Assembly: GCA_030141605.1 (NCBI GenBank)
Contig: JAQGDQ010000632.1
Span: 1 to 64,000 of the forward strand
Source of the DNA: Tubiluchus corallicola
Taxonomy: Eukaryota > Animalia > Priapulida
Length of the DNA: 64,000 nt
Reading direction: 5' to 3'
Within the stretch, counting starts at the first letter, position 1, and every line of letters starts with the position of its first letter. Below, one piece after another: positions 40,751 through 52,024 of this stretch. The notes below the pieces were generated by a model, which saw only the letters and a program-made list of their open reading frames with translations, did not search any database and was not told the DNA's origin. The position numbers were made by a program, and so were the translations under genes.

Positions 40751-43278
40751 TGGGCGATTTCAACCTTGATATTTTAGCTACAAACACACTGGCATACAAA
40801 ACATACACAGAGCTTTTAAAACAATATAATGTCCACATACTTAACAACAATAAACCTACTCGAATTTCTAAAACATCAGCCACAGTAATCGACCATTTCA
40901 TTTCGAATAGTAACAATAATTTCGTAGCATATGATACTTTCCCGTGTGATTATTCGGATCATCATTTCACAATATTAGTAGATAAAATGACCCCACAGCA
41001 TAATAATAACCAAAATTCAGTCTGGCATTTAATGAGAGACTACGCCCAATACAACAAACATTCATACTTAATCGACTTAGCAAAAATGAACTGGACCTCC
41101 ATATATATGACTGATAAAATGGATACACAAGTTAATATTCTGACATATAATGTCGAATATTGCCTTAATGTACATGCACCATATAAAAACGTAAAGCAAA
41201 TCCCACAACAAAGCAAACTCAATAACGAAAGTACCTGGACAACACCTGAACTTGACAAACTAAGAATAGCGAAAAACAGAATGTATAATATATGGGAAAA
41301 GAACAAAACTAAAAACAATCATAACAATTATAAAAAAATGAGAAATCAATTTAATAATCTTAATAAATGCTTGAAAAATAAACATATACAACAACAATGT
41401 AAAAACGCAACAAATACCAAAGAAAAATGGAAAATTATTAACAATGTAATAAATAAATGCCGTAACAAACTAACGCGTGTTGACGAAATTAAGATCAACA
41501 ACACTGTTATTACAAAACCCAAAGATATTGCCAATGCGCTAAATGCAATATTCCTGAATCTTGGAAATTTTAAGGGAGTGGCTTCTCATATTAACAATAA
41601 TATAATTAATAAATTAAAAAACAAATCGTCTAACACAGTATTCTCATTCAAAAGCGTCACAGTAAAAGAAATTAACGACATATTAAATAACCTAAGTTCC
41701 AACAAAGGGAGTGGACCATCAGATATTCCTATCAAAATTCTAAAAGATAGCGCATCTGTAATAGCCCCGCATATGACTTACATTGCTAATCAGATAATTA
41801 TGAGAGGCGAATTTCCAACGGTATGTAAAATGGCAAACGTGACTCCAATCCATAAAAAAGATCCAAAATGTGGTCCCATGAATTATCGCCCAATTTCCGT
41901 AATCCATTGTTTCGGCAAAGTTTGGGAAAGGGTAATTTATGATCAGATAAATTCATATGTAAATAAACATGAACTTTTATCAAAACATCAGTTTGGCTTC
42001 CGTAAACACCATTCAACCATTGACGCCTTAATACACACAACAGAAAATTGGAGACATAGTTTAGACAACAAGCAATACATTTTAGCAGCATTTTTGGATT
42101 TAAGTAAAGCTTTCGATAGCATTAATCACGAACTACTTTACGATAATTTAAAACAAATCGGATTAGATTCGATATCGTTAAAACTGATACAAAATTATCT
42201 CAAAGATAGACAACAACGAGTAAAGTTAGATACAACCAACTTTTCTGACTGGGCCACGTTAAACAGAGGTATACCGCAAGGAACACTACTAGGTCCGTTA
42301 TTATTTTGCCTATATATAAACAACATATCCAGTGTATTAAAACACTCACAAATAACGCAATACACTGATGACACTACAATCTACATAGCCCATGAAAATG
42401 TCCAAACTGCAAAAAATTATTTAGAAGAAGATATAAAAAATATAAATATGGCATTTAGTCATTACAAGCTAAAAATGAATAATGACAAAACAGAATTCAT
42501 GATACTGTCACCCTCATTAAATACTAATGATGCATCATCAACCACTTTGACAATAGATAATGCTGTAATCAAACAAACTAACAATGTTACACTCCTGGGC
42601 ATACAAGTAGACAATAATCTTTCATGGGATGATCACTTTAATAACATATACACAAAAATGGCATCTAGCACATCATATCTCCGACAAGTTAAAGGGCAAC
42701 TAACAAAGGAAACTAAAACACTAATATATAAAACTTTAGTTCTACCACACTTCTTATATGGATGTACACTACTTCAAAAAACCAAAAGAGAAAATTACTT
42801 AAAATTAAATCTCCTTCAAAACTATGCGTTGAGATTGATAGCTGGGTACTCATACAAACACAAGGCAGGTAGACAAAAATTCAAAGCTTCAACAACTAAC
42901 CTGAGAAAAACTTTAAAATTCCCAATCATTGAAGCACACAAAGAATATTTTACTCTGCTTTTTATATTTAAATACATTAACAACATCAGCAAACCATTCC
43001 AGAATAACAGATTTACCTTTCTTCCAAATCCTATCGTTAATTCCAGAACAAGCAATCTAAAACAAATTAGGACAAATACCCACTATGGAACGAACTCTGT
43101 AATCAAACAAGCAATTTTACTTTGGAATTCTTTACCATTACAGGTTAAACAAATCAAGTCCCTATCAGCATTTAAAACAAAATTAAAATCACTAATATTA
43201 ACCAGATATGAAATACCATCACACCAGTACGACAACATACACACTAATTCCGAATTCATATACCCACGGCCATATTAA
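40750..43278 (+). CDS. LINE ORF2 3' part (rest of APE plus reverse transcriptase), offset from the 5' part by a 1-nt frameshift
   Basis: GDFN, PTR...IDH and SDH (APE); NYRPIS, QFGFR, FLDLSKAFD, GIPQGTLLGPLLF, YTDD and LLGI (RT). Confidence 0.92.
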   Translation: MGDFNLDILATNTLAYKTYTELLKQYNVHILNNNKPTRISKTSATVIDHFISNSNNNFVAYDTFPCDYSDHHFTILVDKMTPQHNNNQNSVWHLMRDYAQYNKHSYLIDLAKMNWTSIYMTDKMDTQVNILTYNVEYCLNVHAPYKNVKQIPQQSKLNNESTWTTPELDKLRIAKNRMYNIWEKNKTKNNHNNYKKMRNQFNNLNKCLKNKHIQQQCKNATNTKEKWKIINNVINKCRNKLTRVDEIKINNTVITKPKDIANALNAIFLNLGNFKGVASHINNNIINKLKNKSSNTVFSFKSVTVKEINDILNNLSSNKGSGPSDIPIKILKDSASVIAPHMTYIANQIIMRGEFPTVCKMANVTPIHKKDPKCGPMNYRPISVIHCFGKVWERVIYDQINSYVNKHELLSKHQFGFRKHHSTIDALIHTTENWRHSLDNKQYILAAFLDLSKAFDSINHELLYDNLKQIGLDSISLKLIQNYLKDRQQRVKLDTTNFSDWATLNRGIPQGTLLGPLLFCLYINNISSVLKHSQITQYTDDTTIYIAHENVQTAKNYLEEDIKNINMAFSHYKLKMNNDKTEFMILSPSLNTNDASSTTLTIDNAVIKQTNNVTLLGIQVDNNLSWDDHFNNIYTKMASSTSYLRQVKGQLTKETKTLIYKTLVLPHFLYGCTLLQKTKRENYLKLNLLQNYALRLIAGYSYKHKAGRQKFKASTTNLRKTLKFPIIEAHKEYFTLLFIFKYINNISKPFQNNRFTFLPNPIVNSRTSNLKQIRTNTHYGTNSVIKQAILLWNSLPLQVKQIKSLSAFKTKLKSLILTRYEIPSHQYDNIHTNSEFIYPRPY

Positions 43279-43504
43279 TTAAATCATAGTTTTTCTTTTA
43301 TATTTTTTTGTGTATAGTTGTAAATATGTTTGATTTTATTCGTCATTACTGCACAGTAGTTTAGATTGCACTGACGCATTTGCCTTCAGTAGTGTAAGTT
43401 TTTATTAACTAACACTGATTGATTATCTCTATAAAGTTTTTATCAGTGATTATCAATGTTTTTAATGGCAAATAAAGATTATATATATATATATATATAT
43501 ATAA

Positions 43505-43800
43505 AAAAAATGGCGACTTGACCACTCGGCGCCACAGTCGCCACGTAATTACAGAAAGACTCTTATCAATTATACCCTAATGTTACTGTGAAACGAGATT
43601 GCGAATACTATCGTTGATAATTAGTAGTACTAAAGAGCGATAAGCTTGTGTAAACGGGTTTAAACTTGGAAATACTCTAAACTGATACCAATAATGGCGG
43701 CCAAGAGGTTCAGGTGCAATACCGGATTGCTGAAATCTTGTACTCCGTAGCCGGTAACGTAGTGACGACGTAAAAGCGAAAATTGAATACTCTAAATTGG
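43505..43800. promoter_or_regulatory. Candidate promoter-like segment
   Basis: Locally CpG-richer, with two YY1-like AATGGCG motifs (about 43509 and 43693), located between the divergent CASK and LAR-family genes; inference only. Confidence 0.25.
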
Positions 43801-44264
43801 CAGTTTCTGAATAATTCTGGCAGACTTCTCTACCACGTTCCCATACTGGTTGAGATTACGCGACAAATGCTATACTAAAATACGCAAATGCCTGTTTATC
43901 TATTCAATCACGGAACCATTACATACATATACCTTTACTTTTCACACACCAGTAAGCTATAGATTCGTTAAAGGCAGAGCCATTACAATGTAGGTATTGA
44001 GGGTGAAAATAAACGGCATTTCGTCGTCGTTCCACTACTCTCCCCTATAGATAATTGTTGGTCCCCAACCATTAATGCATGAAATACTGCACTTGTCTCC
44101 ACAGAAAAGTATCAGTTTTGCCTTAATTGTGCTAATGTTTTTCAAAATTCGATCTTCATAAATGAGAAACTGCGAAATTGGGTTACGTAAATAACGGATA
44201 TTGGTACTTCTCTGATTACTAAATCTTTATTCGTTCTTGTTTTACTTTGTTGTTCGTTTCTCTG

Positions 44265-44520
44265 CTCGTTCACTCATTCATTCATTCGTTCATTCATTCG
44301 CTCATTCATTCATTTCTTCACTCATTTATTCATTTATTCATAGATGCATTTATTCACTTATTCACTTGTTTGCTTATTTATTTATTTATCTCTGTCTGTC
44401 TGTCTGTCTGTTTGTTTGTCTGTCTGTCTGTTCGTCCGTCCCTCCGTCTGTCCGTCCGTCCGCCTGCCTGCCTCCCGGTCTAATACGTTTGCTTATTCGA
44501 TTGCATTTATTTATTTATCT
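44265..44520. repeat. Degenerate compound microsatellite (TTCA/TTTA/TCTG/TCCG)
   Basis: Directly visible. Confidence 0.85.
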
Positions 44521-45083
44521 CATCTGGTATCTGCCTCTAATCAGCCGCGTTCACACTTCTGTGATCCATCCTTACATTTTCCTAAAGCTGCGACCGTTGT
44601 GATATTAAAGTGGTACCACCTTATGCTTCTAGTTCCTGCATACTGTGTCACTGCATTATTCATAATATTACTTCTTTATTAGCATAACAACATTGATATC
44701 ACCAAATGCTGAAATTATTATTGGTTAGTGCAGTCAGCTATTCTAAACCTTGCAATTAACTTTTGATGTTCCTAATTTACAGCAGCTCCAAACTTGCAGC
44801 AAAGATTTCAGGACGTAGGGTGCTTGAAAGTTCATTCGCTAAGTTCTGATTTGATCTGCTTACGTTTCTCAGCCTCCATGCCGGCAAACTTTTGCTTACA
44901 CTAGATACGATTACATGTTTTTGCTGTTTGACTCAACTGTGCTAGTAAATTAATGGGTGCCATTTTTAAACCTGAACCAATTCTGAAGGAGCAAATATGC
45001 GAAAATGTCTTTAGCCAGGCAGTTTTAGTGTTTTCACGTTTTGAGGCCCGGCTTCGCGAGTTTCACGAGGAGCACAAGCAGCT

Positions 45084-45259
45084 GTGAGTATCAATTCAAG
45101 TACCTCTTTTTGTGTTTTCATGTTCTTTCTGGTTTATGTACTGCTGTTATTCTGGACTGCGAGGTTTCTGGAAAGAAAGTGAAACTTGTTTGGTATCAGT
45201 AATGCTTGCTGTACGAAATATTTGTACTGAACGTTTCTATTGTTTTTTTCTTTTTTCAG
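45084..45259 (+). other. Probable 5'-UTR intron of the three-Ig gene
   Basis: GTGAGT donor at 45084; long polypyrimidine tract and CAG acceptor ending at 45259, 8 nt before the ATG. The acceptor is more secure than the donor. Confidence 0.6.
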
Positions 45260-45267
45260 GGTACGTT

Positions 45268-46290
45268 ATGAAGCAAACATTGAGTGCTGCAGTGGTAGTT
45301 CTCTTGTTGTTGGTTGTATGTACACGTGCAAAAGAGAAGCCACAGTTCACGCGATCCCTGGTGGACGTGACAAGTGTAGAAGCAGGAATTGTCTACTTTT
45401 TCTGCGAAGCCAATGGCGACCCACCGCCAGTGTTCACTTGGTTCAAGAGAGGAAACTTGATTAAAGCAAACACCAGTCGTCGATTTACCGTCACTTCTAC
45501 TAGAACTGGAAGTGTCTTGACGATTGATCCTGCGAAGGCGAAACGAGACGAGACCCAATATTCCTGCAAAGCAGAAAACGAAGTCGGCACTGCAGAGAGT
45601 CGTGCTTCTTTGAAAATATATGGTCGTAGCCAAATTCCGGCGGGATTTCCCAGGTTAACCCAACGGCCCCAAACAAAGGCTGTTGAAGGGGGTAGACAGG
45701 TCGTACTGGTTTGCGAGGCAACTGGCGATCCACCACCCACTGTCATATGGCTGCATAATCATGCCTTGGTTGATACCAGCGATCCAAGGATTTCAATACT
45801 CCGTGTCGGATCGCTTCATATAACAGACAGCCAGAAATCAGATGAGGGGAAATATTCATGCATTGCGACAAACTCAGTAGGAACTGCGACGTCTTATCCA
45901 TCAAGTCTGTACGTCAAAGAAAGGAGGAAGACAATGATTCCTAGTATCACACTTCCGTCAGTGTTGGAGGTACCTCAAGGAGGTGATGTGAATCTGACCT
46001 GTGCAACAGAAGGAATCGCCCAGCTACATTTTAGTTGGTTTTTGGGAAATCAAAAGGAATCACTCGAAGAAGAAGCGAGTATTATTGGTAGGGAGAACGT
46101 ACTGGAGTTGCTAAATGTCACAGAGCCTGCAAATTACACTTGCTTTGCCACCAATGCTGTTGGCGCTGCATGGTCAAGTGTTTTAGTAACTGTTGATGTT
46201 GCAGATGCCTCAAACAGAATAACATTTGGTGGAGTTAATATCGCAGGAATTCTTATTATAACAGCCCTGTTGCAGAAGATCATATTGTAG
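45268..46290 (+). CDS. LAR-paralogous three-Ig cell-surface protein, 340 aa, with signal peptide and putative GPI signal; single coding exon
   Basis: Signal MKQTLSAAVVVLLLLVVCTRA; three Cys-paired Ig domains collinear with Ig1-3 of the 56245 gene (FFCEAxGDP, GSVLxIDP...KRDET, PAGFP, DEGKYxCIAxNSVG, GRxNVLxLxN, ANYTC); hydrophobic C-terminus; AATAAA at 46552. Confidence 0.9.
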   Translation: MKQTLSAAVVVLLLLVVCTRAKEKPQFTRSLVDVTSVEAGIVYFFCEANGDPPPVFTWFKRGNLIKANTSRRFTVTSTRTGSVLTIDPAKAKRDETQYSCKAENEVGTAESRASLKIYGRSQIPAGFPRLTQRPQTKAVEGGRQVVLVCEATGDPPPTVIWLHNHALVDTSDPRISILRVGSLHITDSQKSDEGKYSCIATNSVGTATSYPSSLYVKERRKTMIPSITLPSVLEVPQGGDVNLTCATEGIAQLHFSWFLGNQKESLEEEASIIGRENVLELLNVTEPANYTCFATNAVGAAWSSVLVTVDVADASNRITFGGVNIAGILIITALLQKIIL

Positions 46291-47819
46291 ACTTACCGAA
46301 AAACCGTGATGATGACGTTCGATAGTTGAGATAGTTTTGCGTTTGTTAGTTAAGGAGAAAAGCGACGATAACTAAGATTTAGACTCAATAGACATTATTC
46401 AATGAGAGAATGACGACAATGTACGTACATTTGATAAAGCTGAAATGCACAGTCCTATGTAGTCATGACCAAGAGGCCCCAGTATATTTGGCCATAATTG
46501 CATGGTCGCGGCATCGGCGGCAATTTGATGCAGTAGAAACAGTTACTAAATAATAAAGTTTGCATTAATTTTAAAAACCAAAGTAAAGAACGAACAAAAT
46601 GCCTATAGTTTGACGAACGAGTCTTTTTGTGAGTAGGTCTTTATTCGTTATAATTGTTTGCGTTCAGCAGCCAAGGATTCACGGTTGTGCTGATGTGTGA
46701 GTCACATCATAATCATGTTACCTCTGTTATCCACGTTAGTATTACTGATGGTAAAGTATTTTCATCATTGTGTACATCGAGTAAATTACATGATTTATTT
46801 TGATTATAACATACTGTAGCAAAGTTACCATGTTGATTTACTGACTTCACACCAGCAGATAGCGTAAACGACTCAAGAATTACAAAATTTGTTTTGGTCG
46901 TTACCCAGTCATTAGCGAAGTTGAATCCAAGTATCAAGCTGTTCACTTGTTAATGGTTTATTTTTCAAACAGTTAGTCAGGCAGAGCTTGAATGCTTAAT
47001 GATTATTTTTAAAGGATTTTACAATAACAAAATACGTATTTTATTATTTCTTAAACACTTAAGAGGGTTTCGCTTAAAGGTGTGGTTGACCCACACAGAA
47101 TCATAGTCACATGCTCAAATTACAGCGTTGGCCATGGCTGCAGTGACAACGGCGGTATTCACAAAAACAACAACAGTAGCAGCAGGGCAATAAAAACAAC
47201 AACAGCAGCAATAATAGCACTAGCAGTAACGATGATGACAGTGACGACAATGATGGTTATGGCGACAATGAAGGTGGTCACTCCAGTGAACGATGACAAC
47301 TGCAACACAGGTGCAGTGAAAGAGTGCAGCAACAACAATAGCAGCAACAGCCCTAGCAAGAAGAACAAATTAAAACTGTAATAATGATGAGCAAAGTACG
47401 TTGAAAAAAACTACGATATTTTAATAAAAATTATTTTAGTTTTGGGAAATAATTTATGTGTAATGCAGTATGCGTTCAACAGAGAAAATAAACAATGTAG
47501 ATTAATAAATGGATGGGTGACAACAGGGAAAATTGCTTCTATGTATATTCATCAAACGTACTATCTTAGCTATTTTTCACCAACTATGATCGAGACTTGT
47601 TCAGTGTTTTCTCAAATGAGCACTTTTGATAGCAAAATGAGTGCCAGTCATTCGCACTAGTCATTCTATGCCACTGAGTCCTGAATCTGCTTGTGGAGTA
47701 CCAAAGCACATCAGTTATCACACAAACTTATTTTACATACTAAACAGTTTTACTGCTAATGATACCCACTCGTTACTGGAGACAATAAAGTGAGTGCTTT
47801 TTATTGTCTGCCGGATAAT

Positions 47820-48650
47820 AGATAATAAATTAATAATGAGTTTTATTGAAAAGTCATATCATAGCAGCAATGACTGAATACAACGTGTGAATGCAGCAAA
47901 AATACAGAGAAGAGAGTCAAAAGACACTTAAACAACAGAATATAAAATATAATTATGTAAGAGGCACAAAATTATATAAGAAACAAATGAGACAAATGAC
48001 TACACGAAGTCACTAAAGCGGTTTAAGACTAACTGTGACAATATATATATTACTAAGATATTAATTAGATATCATTATATCTAATTAAGAAAGTACTTTA
48101 GCATTACTTTTAATTTTTCTAATATGCTGATAGTAACATGCATTGCTGAACGTTTGTAAAGTACTGTCTGAAATTTAGGCTAATTAAAAGAGCGAGGAAT
48201 ACAATTGTTTACACTAATATGGGAAGGAGGAAGCAAGACTTAGTGCCTGTGACACTGAATAATGTTAGGAGCAAAATTACATGTTAATGTTTGTCTATGA
48301 TTTTGCATTGTAAACAGGTAAGTTTATGTTAAGCATCCAAAAAGCAAAATCTTTGCCGAAAATTATGCGACTAATTGTTTTTTAATTTTTTTTCAATACA
48401 GGAAATTTAGTCGAGCTCCAAATAAAAGAAGCATACTCCAAGGCAAGACGAATATAAGTTGCGAAGACACGAGCTGGGTTTAATGTAGAAGCTCTATATC
48501 TTTTTATCACAGAAGCCACTAAAATTCGTTTACCTGTTTTAGCAGTAATCTTTTCGATTTGTTTATCCCACTTCAGATTATTTTGAAGTTCGACACCCAA
48601 TAACTTTGTAAGATTTTTAACAGACAACTCATCACCGTTAATTATTATAG
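47820..48650 (-). mobile_element. 5'-truncated, degenerate L2/CR1-type LINE fragment
   Basis: KLLGVELQNNLKWDKQI...YIRLALEYASFIWS is the RT thumb region; aataaa and an AT-rich simple tail near 47845-47820 on the minus strand. Confidence 0.75.
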
Positions 48651-48959
48651 CTGAGGGGGGGGCAGATCTGCATGGATTAGTTCGAAAGTCAAAATGCGCG
48701 ACACCACACCATAATATTCAGTGAAATCTCTGTAAACCAAAAAATACGTGTTCGACATAATACTGTCGTAAACTTAAAAAATCGGCACAGTGCACTTTGG
48801 CACCATGTCGCGAACTTGTAAAAGTGTCTAGTTATTTGGACTATATGGACACTTTATCATATCCCTGATAAGAATCGATTAGCTCATAAAGTAATACAAT
48901 ACCAATAATAAGAAATGATAGGAATCGGTCATGGCTAATGATTTGCAATTGATAGCTAA

Positions 48960-49420
48960 AAACTCTATGTAGATGTATTAACAGCTCGGAAAAAAATCAG
49001 AATGGAAGAAAAGTGCTAAAAATCGATAGTATTATGAAATACATAAACTCAAAGTACCACCTGAAAGTAATAGATGGCACAAAGCTAAGATTTTCGCAAA
49101 ATACAGTATAGAAATGTGAAACCTAAATTCAGCAGAGTAGCTAGAAAATCTATTGTATATGAACATGTCAGAAGTCAGATATAATGATAGAAATAAGTAC
49201 ATAATATATTACGTCCAATGTGTAAAAGAGAGAATGACACAACTGAACACTTGTTTGAATGTGAGGAAAACAAGCGAAGAATATTCGATGAGATTAAAGT
49301 GTCGGTAGATGATATATTTAGCAACAACATGTAACAAAATGTAACAAAATACGAAAATATGTTGAAATTATTATGTATGATGAAGCACAAACAAATTAGT
49401 GAAGACATGAAGAGAAGTCG
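48960..49420 (+). mobile_element. Degenerate LINE 3' remnant with zinc-knuckle trace (boundaries approximate)
   Basis: 49212-49265 translates RPMCKRENDTTEHLFECE, a CCHC knuckle with the first Cys lost; its downstream ~70 bp recur at about 51429-51496. Confidence 0.55.
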
Positions 49421-51545
49421 TCATCAATACAAAAAGAAACATGAAAGTACGATGCCAGAATATAGTGAAACTTGATCTCGCAAATCAAGAAGAGTTTGCT
49501 CATCTATTGATGAACTGGATATAGTGGAATCACAAGGATCACATAGGAACATAGATTTCGACGTAAGCGTAGCGGGCGTGCGGGGTGCTCTTGAATTAGA
49601 ATCCATTTCCTGGAACAGGAAAGTCGCTATTGCGCTTGATTGCTTTGCAGGAGGAGTATGAAGAATGGTGGTGATTCAGAGTTCGGAATTTCAGACCACC
49701 TCGAATAAGTCGTTATAACTTGTCGTTATTTCAGCTAGACGAAGTAGAACTACTTGATTCTAAAGTAGAATTCGGAGGTGAGGACTTAACCTTTTTTTTT
49801 GCTAGAAGTAGTAGGGCTAGTAATTAGAATGATCATTATCGATGTTCTTGCACTGCAAATTTGCATTCGCAAATCGCAGGTTGGAAGTCAGATGTTTAAT
49901 TATTTACTTAAGAAGATGATTATTTATGATGAAGTTTCAAACACCACGACATAAGATGTGTATATGAGTATTAAATAAACTAATATTCATATTTTAACTG
50001 GCCAGGATTGTCTCAGAAGTAAAAATAAATCTTATTTTCGTGAAAAAACGTCGAAGAAACAAACAAAACATATCCGCAAGTTGGTGCCTCGGTTAACTTG
50101 ATTATATCTGAGACTTTTGAGTAACATAAGATACATGGTTTATTTTAATTTATAATTATGTTATGTATGATTTATTAAATTTAACTTTAATTAAATAAGT
50201 TTTAGCATGATGAATTTTATCTTAAGTTGTTATTTACACAACAATTTATACTATATGTCTATAGTATGAATATCATTCAATTTCATGATAATTTGTTTTT
50301 TTTAATCTTCCTATATTATGTTATTCCAAGAGCATGTCAGCTTGATTTAAATAGCTAGCAATGTTATATGAATGCATGATGCCATTCTTTAACATCTTAA
50401 TTGAGTCATGTCATTAAACGTTACGTGTATAATATCATATTACACCAAGTTTTGTTATTATTATTGTGATAATTCATTTTTTCTTCACCTTGGCAATTTT
50501 TTTAACTGAGTTATATATGCTAATTAAGTGAATACTTTAATAATATAAAAAGTAATCCTTTAATTTTGCTTGCCTGCTTGATATGAAATAATCAAACTAG
50601 TTTCACATTGCAAGGTTCTTCTTTGTCGTCAGCTTATTTTGTTATTATTTATATACGTATTAGCATAAAGTAACTGTTTTTTTCTGCTTGTTGCTATACT
50701 GACTCATCTGATAATTTAATTATAAATTAAAATTACATATATATGATGAGTTTAAAGATATTAATAATAATAATATTACAGCTAATTTCTCAGAAAATGT
50801 AAATATTATTATTAGTATTGTATTATGTTATCTATGTATATTAGTAATAATAATATTTACATTTTCTGAGAAATTTATTTTTAATATTATTATTGAGAAA
50901 ATGCTTAAATACTTAGGCGATATTTACAATTTAACCTGCATGTAGAATGATACAGTATTGCTATGCATAAGTGTCTCATTTTCACACTTAGTATTACTGT
51001 TTTGACTTGCTTTATAACGTTTGTTTGGTTTCGTGAACTATTATTGGATGATATTAATTATTTTAATTTGCATGATGTTTGCATGGTAATCTAGTGTGTG
51101 TTTTTTGCTTTGTTAAATCACCATTAAATTTAATTATTGGTCTGAATTATAATTAAGTTTTAAATTATTGTACTCATTATATTAATTTGTAGACAGTTTG
51201 GCACTATCCAGTTGTTAACTATTCAAAAACCGATAACGTATGTTTGCTGCCACCCCTTCCGATCCACTTTGTTCATAAGTTGTATTTATTCATGTTGTTG
51301 TTTGGGACAAAAATTAATAATTTAATTTTCTTTGAAAACTTATCCAGCTGCTTATATGGATAGGCTGGTAGCCTCGTACCGATACGATATTCAACTGCTT
51401 AAAAATAGATAAATAGATAGTTAAAATGAAAATATGTTGAAATAATTATGTATGATGAAGCACAAACAAATTAGTGAAGACGTGAAGAGAAGTCGTAATC
51501 TCCCTATTGAACACAATAATGAATGAACAGTCCAATACCGTAAAG

Positions 51546-52024
51546 CAGGGGTGTGCAAATTGCGGCCCGCAGAGAGAACTTGTGCGGCCCGCGAAGAGAT
51601 TTGTCAACCTAATGAAAGTGCGGCCCGGGAGATTAATAGAGTGTATCCAGCTGAAGTCCGCGCCACGATCCCAAAGATAGTGCGGGTAGTTTTTTCCACT
51701 AGATCGGATGGCATTAACCCTTACAAGACGGTTGTAGCTTAATGTCACTGTACTACACAGACTGTGTGATACACATTACTAATATGCATTGTAATGAAAT
51801 TACCACTATCTGTCCTGAAAGTAGAAATATATGGTTTGTAATATAAATTTTAATAACTTCTAAAATAGTTTTTTGAGTGTAGTAGTAATGATGTACGCAG
51901 GTCAGATGCAAAAAAATCGTTATAAGGCCTTTCTGTACTTGGCTCCTTGATCAAACTGCCTCTGGCCAGGAATTGCAAGAAAGTTTAATGTAGCCCGGCT
52001 AGTCAGATAATTTGCACACCCCTG
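51546..52024. mobile_element. hAT-superfamily (Charlie-like) MITE, 479 bp
   Basis: Perfect 16-bp TIRs CAGGGGTGTGCAAATT / AATTTGCACACCCCTG; 8-bp TSD ccgtaaag / ccataaag (7/8); subterminal GCGGCCCG repeats. Confidence 0.92.

Larger units (their letters stand above)
37538..43502 (+). mobile_element. Near full-length CR1/L2-group non-LTR retrotransposon, about 6 kb (5' boundary approximate)
   Basis: ORF1 with esterase, ORF2 with APE and RT, short 3' UTR, AATAAA at about 43471 and an (AT)n tail; no convincing target-site duplication seen. Confidence 0.9.

Noticed and set aside
40748-40752. TAATG stop/start overlap as programmed termination-reinitiation
   Set aside because: It falls in the middle of the APE domain, and the downstream frame already reads KVLI-MGDFN upstream of the ATG, so a 1-nt deletion is the simpler explanation.
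45112-45267. N-terminal extension of the 392-aa ORF
   Set aside because: Non-ATG start running through a polypyrimidine tract and splice acceptor; ATG 45268 gives a clean signal peptide.
47082-47381. ORFs on both strands with Thr/Met/Asn or Leu/Val runs
   Set aside because: Degenerate trinucleotide low-complexity sequence; no recognisable domain.
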